From: a virus
Direction: 5' to 3' (one strand)
Virus record (IMG/VR): IMGVR_UViG_3300020185_000016
DNA length: 64,000 bases
Shown: in pieces, positions 18,076 to 27,883 of the stretch
How the letters are laid out: each line of letters opens with the position of its first letter
How positions within the stretch are numbered: position 1 is the stretch's first letter
Notes under the pieces: generated by a model
The model's input: the letters and a program-made list of their open reading frames with translations, nothing else
Told to the model about the DNA's origin: nothing
Databases searched by the model: none
Translations under genes and position numbers: made by a program

Positions 18076-18744
18076 TTATGCCTTATAATAAAACCAATCC
18101 TGTGGTTTATTTCTCGTTTGATAATAGTGTATGTATCCAAGATCTGTTAGAATTTTATTTGATTGAGTCATAACACCTGGATTTTCTGGATGATTTTCAA
18201 TTTGTATAATAGGCGAATTGTTTTTTAGTGTTTCGATCATTCCATTTAGAACGGGAATATTGTATCCTTCAACATCAATCTTAATCAAGTCTACATCTGT
18301 AAGATTAAGACTATCAATTGTAATTCCTTTTACCTTAATAGGAGTGGCGATGTCTTCAAATCGAGCGTTTTCTTTAAAATAACGGCTATTTAATAATCTT
18401 TCCATGTCAGAATAGTTTACCATTCCACACCCACTATTATGCGGATTCGTAAACATCTCTAGTTCTTGTTCTTTATCAGTAACAGCATTGAAATATAGTG
18501 TAACATTATTGAACTGTTTTGTGTTTTCCTGAAGATAATCGCCAAGGATAGGTTCAAAGGAATGTACGTGTTCAAAGTGTTCAGCAAAACGCAGAGTGGT
18601 CAAACCAATATGGGCGCCGATGTCGAGACAAGTGCGTTTATTTTTTAACTGGCGTTTAATTATTTCCCAATCGCTTTCACCCCAGTTTTTGAGTTCTTCT
18701 TGAGTTCTGCGTTGAAATACAACGTCATTTGGCGTCTTAATCAT
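18076..18744 (-). CDS. FkbM-family methyltransferase
   Basis: LDIGAHIG, FEP, IKIDVEG. Confidence 0.92.
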   Translation of the reverse strand: MIKTPNDVVFQRRTQEELKNWGESDWEIIKRQLKNKRTCLDIGAHIGLTTLRFAEHFEHVHSFEPILGDYLQENTKQFNNVTLYFNAVTDKEQELEMFTNPHNSGCGMVNYSDMERLLNSRYFKENARFEDIATPIKVKGITIDSLNLTDVDLIKIDVEGYNIPVLNGMIETLKNNSPIIQIENHPENPGVMTQSNKILTDLGYIHYYQTRNKPQDWFYYKA

Positions 18745-19409
18745 ATGATTCCTCTTTCTACTAAAGAGCGGTAGTTATCAATCTTTGGCGCTTTTTTACC
18801 ACCAGGTTTTATTTTTGATCGAATATGAATAATTTCAGCTTGGTCAACCCCTTCATCAAAGCTTGAATGATTCCATTGCTGCCGATCTAAATAGGCTTCT
18901 TGAGTATTTTTTATACCAGCTAAAAATGCCAATCTATGCATTATACCTTCGTCATTAAAGTTATTATTAAATTTCATTGCATCGTCAAGATTATAATGCC
19001 TGCGCAATTTTTTTCTTATCTTTTTTTCCAAGCGATAAATAGATCCGCCCCAATATGCATAATTAGGATCACCTAATGTAGGAAACCGTTTATGTAAATT
19101 TTTAGCCAACATTGGTTGAATACCAAAATTACGACCAATGCCTTTTTCATCGGTAAAAATATTTTTTGTAGCACCCTTACGCCGAAACATATCAATATCC
19201 ATCATGACAACAGTGTCATAATCATCGAGGTCCGAACTTAACATAGCAAGCTTTTGGCTTTGGAGGCTTAGCGCGGGGTTAAATACATGGCCACGAAGTA
19301 GTTGGTAATCTGCGCCACAGTACTCAGCATATTCTCGGATACTCTCTTGTGAACGTTTTTCTAATTCACGCAGATCACCAGCCCAGTGCTGTAATATAAT
19401 ATTTTTCAT
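18741..19409 (-). CDS. GT-A fold glycosyltransferase
   Basis: MMDID, NDE, IIHI; N-terminus similar to the 17265 and 20679 genes. Confidence 0.7.
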   Translation of the reverse strand: MKNIILQHWAGDLRELEKRSQESIREYAEYCGADYQLLRGHVFNPALSLQSQKLAMLSSDLDDYDTVVMMDIDMFRRKGATKNIFTDEKGIGRNFGIQPMLAKNLHKRFPTLGDPNYAYWGGSIYRLEKKIRKKLRRHYNLDDAMKFNNNFNDEGIMHRLAFLAGIKNTQEAYLDRQQWNHSSFDEGVDQAEIIHIRSKIKPGGKKAPKIDNYRSLVERGII

Positions 19410-19516
19410 TCTAATGGTTCCTTTGAAAAGAAATAATCATGTTGAATTAGTATTTTTTTATTTCTTAGATGGTCTTTAATTTTTTTCTTTTACGTAAGTG
19501 TCAAGGCGAGAGGTTG

Positions 19517-20239
19517 CTATAAGAATTGCGGCCAGTTTTTTCCTATAGCAGGAGCCATATTAATACACCCTCCTTTATATGTGGTATGGTTATTTTTCCC
19601 ATTGCTACACAAAATTTGATACCATCCCCATTCGGCCGGCAATAATTCTTTTTTTTCATGTAAGCTATTAACCATATCTACATTCCATATTTCGGGTGTA
19701 TGCATGATAAGACTATCCGGACTAATCATTTTCCACCATCTAGGATTATTTTTTGTCATGTTGTGTTTTACAGGAAAGTCTAACAATTTAGTATCCATCA
19801 CTCCCCAGCCCAGTCCAACGGGGCCCTCATCTTTAGCCTTTTCTAAAAAGCATGCATAATTCAATGCGTCAGAAAAATATAAATCCCATCTAACTCTTAC
19901 TATAACATCATATTTTTTATTCAATTTTGCCACAAGAGAATTATGAGCTAAAATTTGTTTTGTGCCGTAATCTAACTTTTGAGTTTTTTTATACTTTTTT
20001 CTTTTTGAATCAAAATATTCTCCAGCATATACAGTAGTATCTTTTATTGGACTATAGTCTATTATAGGTTCTGGTTCAATGACCATATTTTCATATTTTT
20101 TTAAAAGACAATTATCCCACGTGTGGTAAAAATAATCTGCAGTAAAATTTTTAAATGCAGCTTTCATTCTAGCATTTAATGTTTCAAACTGAATATTAGT
20201 TTTTCTTTGTTGACCGCTTACACAGACTGCTATTTTCAT
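19517..20239 (-). CDS. Glycan-cluster hypothetical protein
   Basis: MKIAVCVSGQ.R and YDVIVRVRWD. Confidence 0.65.
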   Translation of the reverse strand: MKIAVCVSGQQRKTNIQFETLNARMKAAFKNFTADYFYHTWDNCLLKKYENMVIEPEPIIDYSPIKDTTVYAGEYFDSKRKKYKKTQKLDYGTKQILAHNSLVAKLNKKYDVIVRVRWDLYFSDALNYACFLEKAKDEGPVGLGWGVMDTKLLDFPVKHNMTKNNPRWWKMISPDSLIMHTPEIWNVDMVNSLHEKKELLPAEWGWYQILCSNGKNNHTTYKGGCINMAPAIGKNWPQFL

Positions 20240-20679
20240 TTTTTCATTTTTGTTTGATCTACAATTTTTTGTTTAATAATTGTAGAGCTAACACCTTTTG
20301 TATAAGGTATATATACCATGACTATATCCCTCAAGTCTAACCATTCTTGACTAAATCCCATTTGATTGTAATAGTCTCTAGATGCCCAATCAGTACCAAT
20401 TGCAATAATATGCGGTTGAACCTTTTCAATAGCTTGTGTACTATCGGTATCTCCAATATTGCGAACAACCTTATCACAATAAATACACGAATCAAGTATA
20501 AGTTTTCGTTCTTCAAATGAATGAAACGGATTAAATCCCTTATAATCTCGTATGAACTTGTCACTATTTAAAGATACCACCACAATATCAGCAATCAATT
20601 TACAACGTGATAAAAAATTCACGTGGCCGGCATGAAATAAATCAAATGTTCCACCAGTATATAATATCCTTTCGGTCAT
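20236..20679 (-). CDS. TagD-like cytidylyltransferase
   Basis: YTGGTFDLFHAGH, GTDW, YTKGVSST. Confidence 0.92.
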   Translation of the reverse strand: MTERILYTGGTFDLFHAGHVNFLSRCKLIADIVVVSLNSDKFIRDYKGFNPFHSFEERKLILDSCIYCDKVVRNIGDTDSTQAIEKVQPHIIAIGTDWASRDYYNQMGFSQEWLDLRDIVMVYIPYTKGVSSTIIKQKIVDQTKMKK

Positions 20680-21467
20680 TATTCTACCGCTTTCATTAAT
20701 TCTTCTATATTTTCACCCTTGTACGGAAGCTTATCTTTTAAGAAAAAGTGCACAAAATGTGCTTCCTTAACTTTATTTTCAGGTATTGCATTAAACAATG
20801 CGTTCCATTTAAAATTCATATGAGCAACATTCATTTTTTCTTCTTTAACCCAAACATTAAGAAGGGTTTGATCGGTTGACCATTTCCAATTACCCATGCC
20901 ATCAATAAAAGGTTTAAAATCAGGTCTTCTTAAAAACTGATTTGGGGTTTCGCCTTTAAGATATTTAAGAATAGCTTTTGAATTTAATACCATCATACCC
21001 ATATTAAAAAACTCCCCGCCAGAAGCATTCCATTTCCAATCAATGCTACGAAGAGTTCCGTATTGCATTTTAGAATATCCAATAATTTTGCGTTTGTATT
21101 CTTCGGTAATAGGCATTTCTCTTTCGCAAACAAAACCAGCATCAACATCATCTGGCAAATCATCAAAAATGTTTGGTGCACCTGGTCGAATCCAGATGTC
21201 AGCATCAATAATTGCTACTTGATCATATTTTGGTAAGTAGGTAAAGGCGTTTTCTTTTTCAAAGATAGGCAGATATCCACCATGCTTTTCATAAGATTCT
21301 TTACTTCTATTTGTTGCAAAGACATCTGGCTTAATCATTAAGATAGGAGACTTTTGAACGATATGTTCAATATTATGGGCTTTGCAGTATTGCGCCACCG
21401 ATTCAACACAATGGTTATACAATGTTGAGCGTTTGCCCACACATACTTGATATATCATTCGTTTCAT
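20679..21467 (-). CDS. GT-A fold glycosyltransferase
   Basis: IIDAD, FFNMG, TDQ, FVHF; start MKRMIYQV. Confidence 0.8.
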   Translation of the reverse strand: MKRMIYQVCVGKRSTLYNHCVESVAQYCKAHNIEHIVQKSPILMIKPDVFATNRSKESYEKHGGYLPIFEKENAFTYLPKYDQVAIIDADIWIRPGAPNIFDDLPDDVDAGFVCEREMPITEEYKRKIIGYSKMQYGTLRSIDWKWNASGGEFFNMGMMVLNSKAILKYLKGETPNQFLRRPDFKPFIDGMGNWKWSTDQTLLNVWVKEEKMNVAHMNFKWNALFNAIPENKVKEAHFVHFFLKDKLPYKGENIEELMKAVE

Positions 21468-21477
21468 TATTTTATTC

Positions 21478-21912
21478 CTATCCGGTTTTTGGTTGAGCTT
21501 CTTTTGCCGAGAACTCTTCAACAATTTCGCCCTCCATAAACTCTTTAACAATTTCCGGTTGGGTTTCGGCTTCTTTAACAATTTCTGGTTTTGGTTGAGC
21601 TTCTTTAACAATTTCTGGTTTTGGTTGAGCTTCTTTAACAATTTCTGGTTTTGGTTGAGCTTCTTTAACAATTTCTGGTTTTGGTTGAGCTTCTGCTGCT
21701 AAAAACTTTTCAACAATGGTATTTATTTTATCATAAACTGCACCAACAATAGAAAGATTTTGTGCAGTAAATACGCCAGCTTTAGTAGACGCGTCAATTA
21801 CTTGCCGTACAACTACCAGATCATTAATATCTAAATTTGTTGATTGTGACGCTGGTGGGCTAGATTTAACAGCAGCTTTACTTTTGGGCGCTGATTTTGT
21901 TTTTTTGGTCAT
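21478..21912 (-). CDS. Hypothetical protein with EAQPKPEIVK repeats
   Basis: In-frame decapeptide repeats. Confidence 0.7.
   Translation of the reverse strand: MTKKTKSAPKSKAAVKSSPPASQSTNLDINDLVVVRQVIDASTKAGVFTAQNLSIVGAVYDKINTIVEKFLAAEAQPKPEIVKEAQPKPEIVKEAQPKPEIVKEAQPKPEIVKEAETQPEIVKEFMEGEIVEEFSAKEAQPKTG
21541..21690. repeat. 30-bp tandem repeat: 4 perfect copies plus 1 degenerate
   Basis: ttctttaacaatttctggttttggttgagc at 21571, 21601, 21631, 21661. Confidence 0.97.
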
Positions 21913-22111
21913 GTGTAATTTCCTTTAGCATAATTTTACATAATTTTTTAGTTTCATCAAAAGTAGATTTAAATCTATTTTGCCGATATCCATTCTTCAA
22001 AAACCATTTAATATTATCTATTGTACCAGTTTTTCTATCGGTTGGCAAATTTAGATCATTAAATAATTTTTCGACGCTAGATCTTAATACTAGAATTTGA
22101 AATATATTCAT
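21878..22111 (-). CDS. Hypothetical protein
   Basis: Packed ORF. Confidence 0.6.
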   Translation of the reverse strand: MNIFQILVLRSSVEKLFNDLNLPTDRKTGTIDNIKWFLKNGYRQNRFKSTFDETKKLCKIMLKEITHDQKNKISAQK

Positions 22112-22114
22112 TAC

Positions 22115-22708
22115 TTATCCTACAATATAGTTATAAATTTCTTTCCAGTTTTTCATAACTGGCAATTGTTCATATAGCATATTATGAGAATGCTCCATAA
22201 TAATCGATTCAAGACCTAAACGATCCCCTAATTCGGCATTTTCAATTTTATCTTCTACCCATATATATCCGCTATTTTCATAAGGGGCAAGAACTTCATC
22301 TTTATCAGCGCCAGTATCGGTAAAGATAAACTGTTCAAATGCCGTTTTACCAAAAAGTTTCTTAGTATTTTTAATCCGTAAGGCTTGAGCTGTTGGATCT
22401 AGCGACAAAGAAGTAATCATATGGAAAACATACCCGTGCTTGCGATGTAATAGATCAATATAATGCATAGCGTCGCGTAATGGCGGTAAAAATCCAATAG
22501 TTGAAGATTCATTAAAAAAGCGGACAAGCTCTTCTTTTTTATCAGACGTAAGATTGTATCGTGTGCCAATATCATATGCGTCTGGATCACCAGTTTTTTC
22601 ATAACCATGATGTTCCATCCAAACAGTAAAGGCGTACTCCCAATTAAGTAGCACACCATCGCAGTCCGTTAGAATGACTTTATCTAGGTTGTTCAATTTT
22701 TTCATCAT
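22115..22708 (-). CDS. HAD-family 5'(3')-deoxyribonucleotidase-like phosphatase
   Basis: DCDGVL, ITS, K, EDK motifs. Confidence 0.85.
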   Translation of the reverse strand: MMKKLNNLDKVILTDCDGVLLNWEYAFTVWMEHHGYEKTGDPDAYDIGTRYNLTSDKKEELVRFFNESSTIGFLPPLRDAMHYIDLLHRKHGYVFHMITSLSLDPTAQALRIKNTKKLFGKTAFEQFIFTDTGADKDEVLAPYENSGYIWVEDKIENAELGDRLGLESIIMEHSHNMLYEQLPVMKNWKEIYNYIVG

Positions 22709-22732
22709 GTAGTTCTCCATTAATATAATATT

Positions 22733-22761
22733 ATTATAGCGTTTGATTAATGGATTGTACA
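22733..22761 (-). promoter_or_regulatory. Early promoter
   Basis: TGTACA-N17-TATAAT. Confidence 0.8.
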
Positions 22762-22783
22762 CCCTTATTTTTAATTTAATAGA

Positions 22784-22951
22784 TTATTTTTTTATCATAG
22801 TGTCATTATCATCACTAAAATATAATAATTCTATAGGTTTAATTTTTTTTTCTTTTTCAATAGATTTTATTTTAAAATCTTTTTCAATTGATCGAATTTT
22901 TTGCTGCCCTCTTTTTTTATTACGAGGGTCGTATCTTCCAAATTTTGCCAT
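22784..22951 (-). CDS. Small basic hypothetical protein (55 aa)
   Basis: Hand-translated MAKFGRYDPRNKKRG... Confidence 0.55.
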   Translation of the reverse strand: MAKFGRYDPRNKKRGQQKIRSIEKDFKIKSIEKEKKIKPIELLYFSDDNDTMIKK

Positions 22952-22957
22952 AATATA

Positions 22958-23215
22958 TTAAAAATCACTTTCCCCATGACCACCAGCGGTATTTTCTATT
23001 TCTACTGCAAATTCTTGATATCCACCAATGTGTTTATCATGCCAAAAAATTTGTGGTACAGTTTTTGCATTTGGTACTAATTTAAACATTTCATCTCTTT
23101 TGCCTGGTTCATTAATATCTATATAGTTATAATCAAGCTGCCATTCAGTTGCTAATCGCACAGCTCTTTTGCAATATACACAGCCTTCTTTTCCGTAAAT
23201 TTTTATTACACCCAT
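22958..23215 (-). CDS. Glutaredoxin
   Basis: CVYC, TVPQIF, IGGY. Confidence 0.95.
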   Translation of the reverse strand: MGVIKIYGKEGCVYCKRAVRLATEWQLDYNYIDINEPGKRDEMFKLVPNAKTVPQIFWHDKHIGGYQEFAVEIENTAGGHGESDF

Positions 23216-23823
23216 GTTAATACTTCCGCTAAATTTGGTCTATCTTCAGTTGAATTTTTATATTTTAATACATCTGCATAGCCAGCAGACATTAAAAATT
23301 GTACATCGTCTTCTATAAAATCAAGTTTATTATCTAGCCATATTTCTTTTTTAACATTAAAATCTGCAAAGCATAATGTATAAGAAACATCTAGGCCAGC
23401 TTCAATTAATAAACCACTTAAAATGGTAGCATGCATTCCTATTTCAATATTTGTATTTTTTAAAGTATAATGAGTTTTATAAATTGCTGGATCCATTGGT
23501 GGCTGCTTATGACCACCTGATAAATCGCTTTGTACTTTTGCATTTCCGGTAGCAAGTCTTACAGTATAAATGAATTGATAAGGCGCAGTTAATAAATTAT
23601 AATTTGATCTTACCCTACTATACGCCGAAACATTATATAACCCCTGATTTATATTTTTATTAAATGGGCCAACCGCATAAACTTTATACGGTATTAAATT
23701 TTGTTTTGATGCCACAATATCATGCGTGCTTGTCAAAGCATCTGATATAATTGTTTTATCGGGGGCGCGGGTTTCATCATACCATCTAATTTGATTGCGT
23801 TTTGCAAAGGTATTATAAATCAT
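23206..23823 (-). CDS. Nitroreductase-like protein
   Basis: KRNQIRWY, ASKQNL.PY, GLDVSY. Confidence 0.7.
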   Translation of the reverse strand: MIYNTFAKRNQIRWYDETRAPDKTIISDALTSTHDIVASKQNLIPYKVYAVGPFNKNINQGLYNVSAYSRVRSNYNLLTAPYQFIYTVRLATGNAKVQSDLSGGHKQPPMDPAIYKTHYTLKNTNIEIGMHATILSGLLIEAGLDVSYTLCFADFNVKKEIWLDNKLDFIEDDVQFLMSAGYADVLKYKNSTEDRPNLAEVLTWV

Positions 23824-23832
23824 AATAAATCC

Positions 23833-24516
23833 TTATAAATTAAGCATATCTTTTGTCATAATATAATCTCGAACAAAATCTGAGCGAACAATATCTGCCC
23901 ATTCAAAATTAACTATTTTGAAAAACCGCATTTGTTCAATAATAGATACAAATTGTAAAATGCCGTCTTTTTCATCTTTATATTTAAAATCGGTTTGTTT
24001 CGAATCACCGCTAAAAATTATTCGGCAATCATTGCCAACTCGAGTAATAACAGAATCCAATTCATGAAAATTAAGATTTTGCATTTCATCAACTACAATA
24101 ATAGTATTATCAAAAGTTGCACCCCTAATATAAGAAGTGGTTTCAAATTCTAATTTCTTTTGAGTAACAAGCTTATTATATGCGCCGCCATATCCAAAGA
24201 TTACGTCACAAATATGTTTATACGGCACTTTATATGGTTCTTCTTTTTCCTCTTTAGTTCCGGGTAAATGGCCAGCATCTCGGGTTGCAACCATAGATCT
24301 TAATATCATTACTTTACGATATTTATCTGGATTATTAAGCATTTCATAAAATGCAAAATATAGAGCTATAAAAGTTTTACCAGTGCCAGCTGATCCAGAT
24401 AAGACTAGATTATACCCATCTTCCCAATGTTCAAAGGCTTTTGATTGCCGTTCGGTAATAGGGTTAAATGGTTCAAGTTCTGCAGCATGGACTTGTAGAC
24501 TATTGCTTTTTTTCAT
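23833..24516 (-). CDS. phoH: PhoH-family protein
   Basis: GSAGTGKT, RG.TF, VDEMQN, GDSKQ, IVRS. Confidence 0.95.
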   Translation of the reverse strand: MKKSNSLQVHAAELEPFNPITERQSKAFEHWEDGYNLVLSGSAGTGKTFIALYFAFYEMLNNPDKYRKVMILRSMVATRDAGHLPGTKEEKEEPYKVPYKHICDVIFGYGGAYNKLVTQKKLEFETTSYIRGATFDNTIIVVDEMQNLNFHELDSVITRVGNDCRIIFSGDSKQTDFKYKDEKDGILQFVSIIEQMRFFKIVNFEWADIVRSDFVRDYIMTKDMLNL

Positions 24517-24518
24517 AA

Positions 24519-24752
24519 TTAAATTCTTACGTTGTTATTACGGCCCGAACCAGATTTTACTCGGCCCAAAACGTCTTTGAATCCATCTGGCGTTTTGTTT
24601 ATAATATTACCAACACCGCTTACAATTTTTGGTGCAGATAATTTTTGAATTACATCAGGCATTTCATTCAAAATAAGTTGCAATTCTTCATATGAACATA
24701 CTACATCCCATTCGTAGGCTGTGGCAGTGTCTCTCAGGGTGTACATAGGCAT
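24519..24752 (-). CDS. Hypothetical T4-like small protein
   Basis: MPMYTL..., PDGFKDVL. Confidence 0.7.
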   Translation of the reverse strand: MPMYTLRDTATAYEWDVVCSYEELQLILNEMPDVIQKLSAPKIVSGVGNIINKTPDGFKDVLGRVKSGSGRNNNVRI

Positions 24753-25192
24753 TAATCATCTATCTCTTTATCGCCCTCAATTCCAAATAAAACATTTTGA
24801 TAAAATTCGTATATATCATCAAAAAGCTTATTGGAATTGAGGTATTGGGCTACATTATTTTTGTTATACAAATTATACTTATAATCTTCTGAAAGCGTTA
24901 TATTTAATCCATCAGCATCCCAGATCATGGCTTGTAATAAAGATATTTTGTAATCTTTCATCATTCCAACTAATCTATCAATAAACAGCCTATGATTTTT
25001 ATTACTAGCAATATTTATTTCGTCTATTTGATATTGCAATAAATTAATTAAATCTTCATAATAAGAATCTAGCTCAGTCTCTGGCATTTCTTTCAGAATT
25101 TTTCTTAGTCCACCTTTAAGCGGATAGCCGTGGATATCCTTATATAATTCTGAAACTTTAGTGAACAAATGTTTCGTCATTTTATACAACAC
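24752..25192 (-). CDS. Hypothetical protein
   Basis: TATAAATA at 25224..25231 upstream. Confidence 0.65.
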   Translation of the reverse strand: MLYKMTKHLFTKVSELYKDIHGYPLKGGLRKILKEMPETELDSYYEDLINLLQYQIDEINIASNKNHRLFIDRLVGMMKDYKISLLQAMIWDADGLNITLSEDYKYNLYNKNNVAQYLNSNKLFDDIYEFYQNVLFGIEGDKEIDD

Positions 25193-25248
25193 CCCTTATT
25201 AATAATTGGTAATACTTCAGAATTATTTATAAGGAAGATAATAATAAT

Positions 25249-25401
25249 TTAATTATTGATTTTTTTTGTCTTTACATTTTTACGGCGAATTCTTCGGAAT
25301 TTAGAATAAAGGCGCACAGTTCGGTCAGTTATTATACGTTTTACATTTTTTCTTCTATGCCGTGCTGCTTCTGATTTTGCAATTCTTTCAGCTTTAGTCA
25401 T
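25249..25401 (-). CDS. Small Arg/Lys-rich protein (50 aa)
   Basis: Hand-translated MTKAERIAKSEAARHRRK...; GGAG RBS; 4-nt overlap. Confidence 0.55.
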   Translation of the reverse strand: MTKAERIAKSEAARHRRKNVKRIITDRTVRLYSKFRRIRRKNVKTKKINN

Positions 25402-25961
25402 GCTGCAATCTCCTTAAACCAATTTGGTGTTTTACGTTTAGACCAAGACATTTTAAATCTTGCTTGCTTAGTTTGATAGAATGCCCGATATGCCTCAACC
25501 GGATCGTTGAGAGCAATGCATTCTGGATTAGACGCCATAGCCAATTTAAATGGTGTACGTCCAATATCTGGTATTTTAGTAGGAGGTTTTACTAAAATAT
25601 CTTTTAGCTTTGTTATACTGAGATGTTGTTTATTATAGCGATATTCAAATTCTTCGCCAAGCGCAATAAAGTGCTCATAATGCCAATTGTAATTATCTTT
25701 GGATTCTGCTGTCCATACTGTGCATGGATGATGATAATGAACTGCTTTATATAGCACATTATCCATATTATTGTTGGGGTGAAGGTAATGCCAAACCATG
25801 CGTTTGCCGGATTTTGATGGCCGTTTTTCAGCGTGACCATCTAGCATACGGTGCACGGTCGAAAGCATTTGTGCTGATTCTAAAATCATTTTAACAACAT
25901 GCTTATCACATTGTTGTTGAGCAGCCTCAATTGGGCATTCAGATAATACAAATAAATTCAT
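25398..25961 (-). CDS. Pyrimidine-dimer DNA glycosylase (DenV-like family)
   Basis: DKHVVKMILESAQMLST, HHPCTVW, V.AYR.FY. Confidence 0.8.
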   Translation of the reverse strand: MNLFVLSECPIEAAQQQCDKHVVKMILESAQMLSTVHRMLDGHAEKRPSKSGKRMVWHYLHPNNNMDNVLYKAVHYHHPCTVWTAESKDNYNWHYEHFIALGEEFEYRYNKQHLSITKLKDILVKPPTKIPDIGRTPFKLAMASNPECIALNDPVEAYRAFYQTKQARFKMSWSKRKTPNWFKEIAA

Positions 25962-25985
25962 AATAATATCTCCAAGTTATATACT

Positions 25986-26014
25986 ATATTACCACATTTA
26001 AAGTGGATTGTAAA
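25986..26014 (-). promoter_or_regulatory. Early promoter
   Basis: TTTACA-N17-TAATAT. Confidence 0.75.
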
Positions 26015-26018
26015 TAGC

Positions 26019-26261
26019 TTATTTCTTTTTTGCGATATTTTTTGTTTTTGTTTTAACCACAATTTTTTCTTTTTTTTGTAATTTTATTCTCATATTAAAA
26101 TGGTTAGCGCATGCAAATTCGGTTTGTTTATCGGTCCAATTAAATTTTTTTGATATTCGAGATAACATTTTAATCCGAGTATCTGCAGCGCCATCCCACT
26201 TAGAAATAGCTTCCCAAAGAATTTTATCTATTTCTATCCAATTCATGTAATCTATAGCCAT
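26019..26261 (-). CDS. Hypothetical protein
   Basis: ORF. Confidence 0.6.
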   Translation of the reverse strand: MAIDYMNWIEIDKILWEAISKWDGAADTRIKMLSRISKKFNWTDKQTEFACANHFNMRIKLQKKEKIVVKTKTKNIAKKK

Positions 26262-26281
26262 AATCTAATATTTTATACTTT

Positions 26282-26455
26282 CTAATGCGTTGTCACTAAT
26301 TCGGTTTTCTTTGATGATATATAGGATTCAATATATTGTTTTTTCACTATGACCTTTTTAGCTAGGTCTTGCTTTCCTTCTTTTCTGAGTTCGTTTGCAA
26401 AAATTTCGAGTTGAGCTGAATCTTCTTGTAATCTCTTCAGTTGTTGCTCTAGCAT
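26282..26455 (-). CDS. Small coiled-coil protein
   Basis: GGA RBS before MLEQQL. Confidence 0.6.
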   Translation of the reverse strand: MLEQQLKRLQEDSAQLEIFANELRKEGKQDLAKKVIVKKQYIESYISSKKTELVTTH

Positions 26456-26473
26456 CAGACTTCCTTTAAAGTG

Positions 26474-26505
26474 AAAAAACTGGCTCGTGCAAAGCACGGC
26501 CAGTT
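26474..26505 (-). terminator. Rho-independent terminator
   Basis: AACTGGCCGTGC-TTT-GCACG(A)GCCAGTT followed by a T-run. Confidence 0.8.
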
Positions 26506-26544
26506 CAGTATTAATTAGTTGTTAATGTGAATAACATATGCATT

Positions 26545-26961
26545 TTATGAATCAGACAATAACCCTGGGAAGGCCTCCATTACTGTGTTGCGGGTAATAC
26601 CTTTAATAGCTTTTTTTTGAATCATGTTTAATACAATCTCTGCATCTGCTGGGTGGATAGATTCCAATAATTGCACATATAGCTTTTCGCGTTTAGCTTT
26701 AAGCATGCTGTCGCCAGGACCGCCTTTTACAAAATATCGGAATTTACTATTTTGTCTGCTCAGAGACGATGGAATAGAGTCAATTTTATTTGCTTCATAT
26801 GGCGGTATGCCAGATGGAATATTCCAAACAATATTTGAATCGTAAGATCCACGTAAAATATCTTTCAACGCCCACGATTCATGATTTTGTAAAATTTGAA
26901 TCGTGTCGGCCTTTTTCTTTTCACGGGCCGCCGCGTGAATAATTTCATGAACTAATAGCAT
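26545..26961 (-). CDS. Conserved T4-like hypothetical protein downstream of rnh
   Basis: REKLYVQLLESIHPADAE motif. Confidence 0.8.
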   Translation of the reverse strand: MLLVHEIIHAAAREKKKADTIQILQNHESWALKDILRGSYDSNIVWNIPSGIPPYEANKIDSIPSSLSRQNSKFRYFVKGGPGDSMLKAKREKLYVQLLESIHPADAEIVLNMIQKKAIKGITRNTVMEAFPGLLSDS

Positions 26962-26964
26962 TTA

Positions 26965-27816
26965 TTATATAAACTCCTGTACACTTTCTAATAACAATTT
27001 ACATCGCTTCTGAATCAAATATGGGAAAACCTTTCCCCTATTACTTGAAGGGTTTTGGCTTTCATAATTATTTATAATTTCTTTAACGACAGAAATGGGC
27101 GTTTCAGTCAAATCTATAAGTTTTTTATTTCGCATGTAGTTTCTATATGCATCTGCACCCATCGCTGCTTCCAGATTATCTGCAGCAAGCCAAGTCTCAA
27201 TTTTCTTTTTAGTTAGCGGGGTTTGCCTACGGCCTTCAACAAATACATTATCATCAGATAATACATTAGGGATGCCATCACTAGCGTCACCCTTAAAAAT
27301 ATGTTGAGCAAAATACAACCGCGGATTATCTTCTTTTACAAACTTTTTAGTCATTGGAGAATACTGACGAATATTCTCATATTTGTGCAATTGAATAAAA
27401 TCTTTATCAGCAGAAATAATCATTACTGGCTCATGCTGACCAAACTCTTGTGTTCCTAAAGCAATATGAGCAATAGCGTCATCGGCTTCACAGCCTTCTT
27501 GATGAATTACTTTATATGGAAAATGATCACGAATTTCATCACGAATTAAATTAATAATCCGAAACGCTTCATTCCAATCAATTGTAGATTCTTCACGCGC
27601 ATTTTTGCGTTTGAATTTATATTGTGGAAATGCATCTTTACGCCAATTACCTTTACCATCCGCCACAATAACAATTTCGCCATATTCTTTACCGAATTTT
27701 TGACGATACATTCTTATTGAATTAAGAATCATATGGCGAATAAGATTTTCATCTAAAGCTAACCGTTGCACAATAACATTACCAATAGCAACACCATTGA
27801 AATCAATTAAAATCAT
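26965..27816 (-). CDS. rnh: T4-type RNase H (5'-3' exonuclease)
   Basis: LIDFN, WRK..FP.YK, EADD.I, SADKDF.QL, GDASDGIPN. Confidence 0.95.
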   Translation of the reverse strand: MILIDFNGVAIGNVIVQRLALDENLIRHMILNSIRMYRQKFGKEYGEIVIVADGKGNWRKDAFPQYKFKRKNAREESTIDWNEAFRIINLIRDEIRDHFPYKVIHQEGCEADDAIAHIALGTQEFGQHEPVMIISADKDFIQLHKYENIRQYSPMTKKFVKEDNPRLYFAQHIFKGDASDGIPNVLSDDNVFVEGRRQTPLTKKKIETWLAADNLEAAMGADAYRNYMRNKKLIDLTETPISVVKEIINNYESQNPSSNRGKVFPYLIQKRCKLLLESVQEFI

Positions 27817-27841
27817 TATATACTCCCTATCGTTATATACT

Positions 27842-27870
27842 ATTTTACACTATATTGATCGATAAGTAAA
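27842..27870 (-). promoter_or_regulatory. Early promoter
   Basis: TTTACT-N17-TAAAAT. Confidence 0.75.
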
Positions 27871-27883
27871 CCCCCTAAAGGAT

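Noticed and set aside
21468-21671. N-terminal extension of the 330-aa ORF (LKKLNQNQKL repeats)
   Set aside because: Alternate-frame reading of the 30-bp repeat; the true start is MKRMIYQV at 21467.
21541-21690. CRISPR-like 30-bp repeats
   Set aside because: Contiguous with no spacers, in frame within a CDS, and no cas genes.
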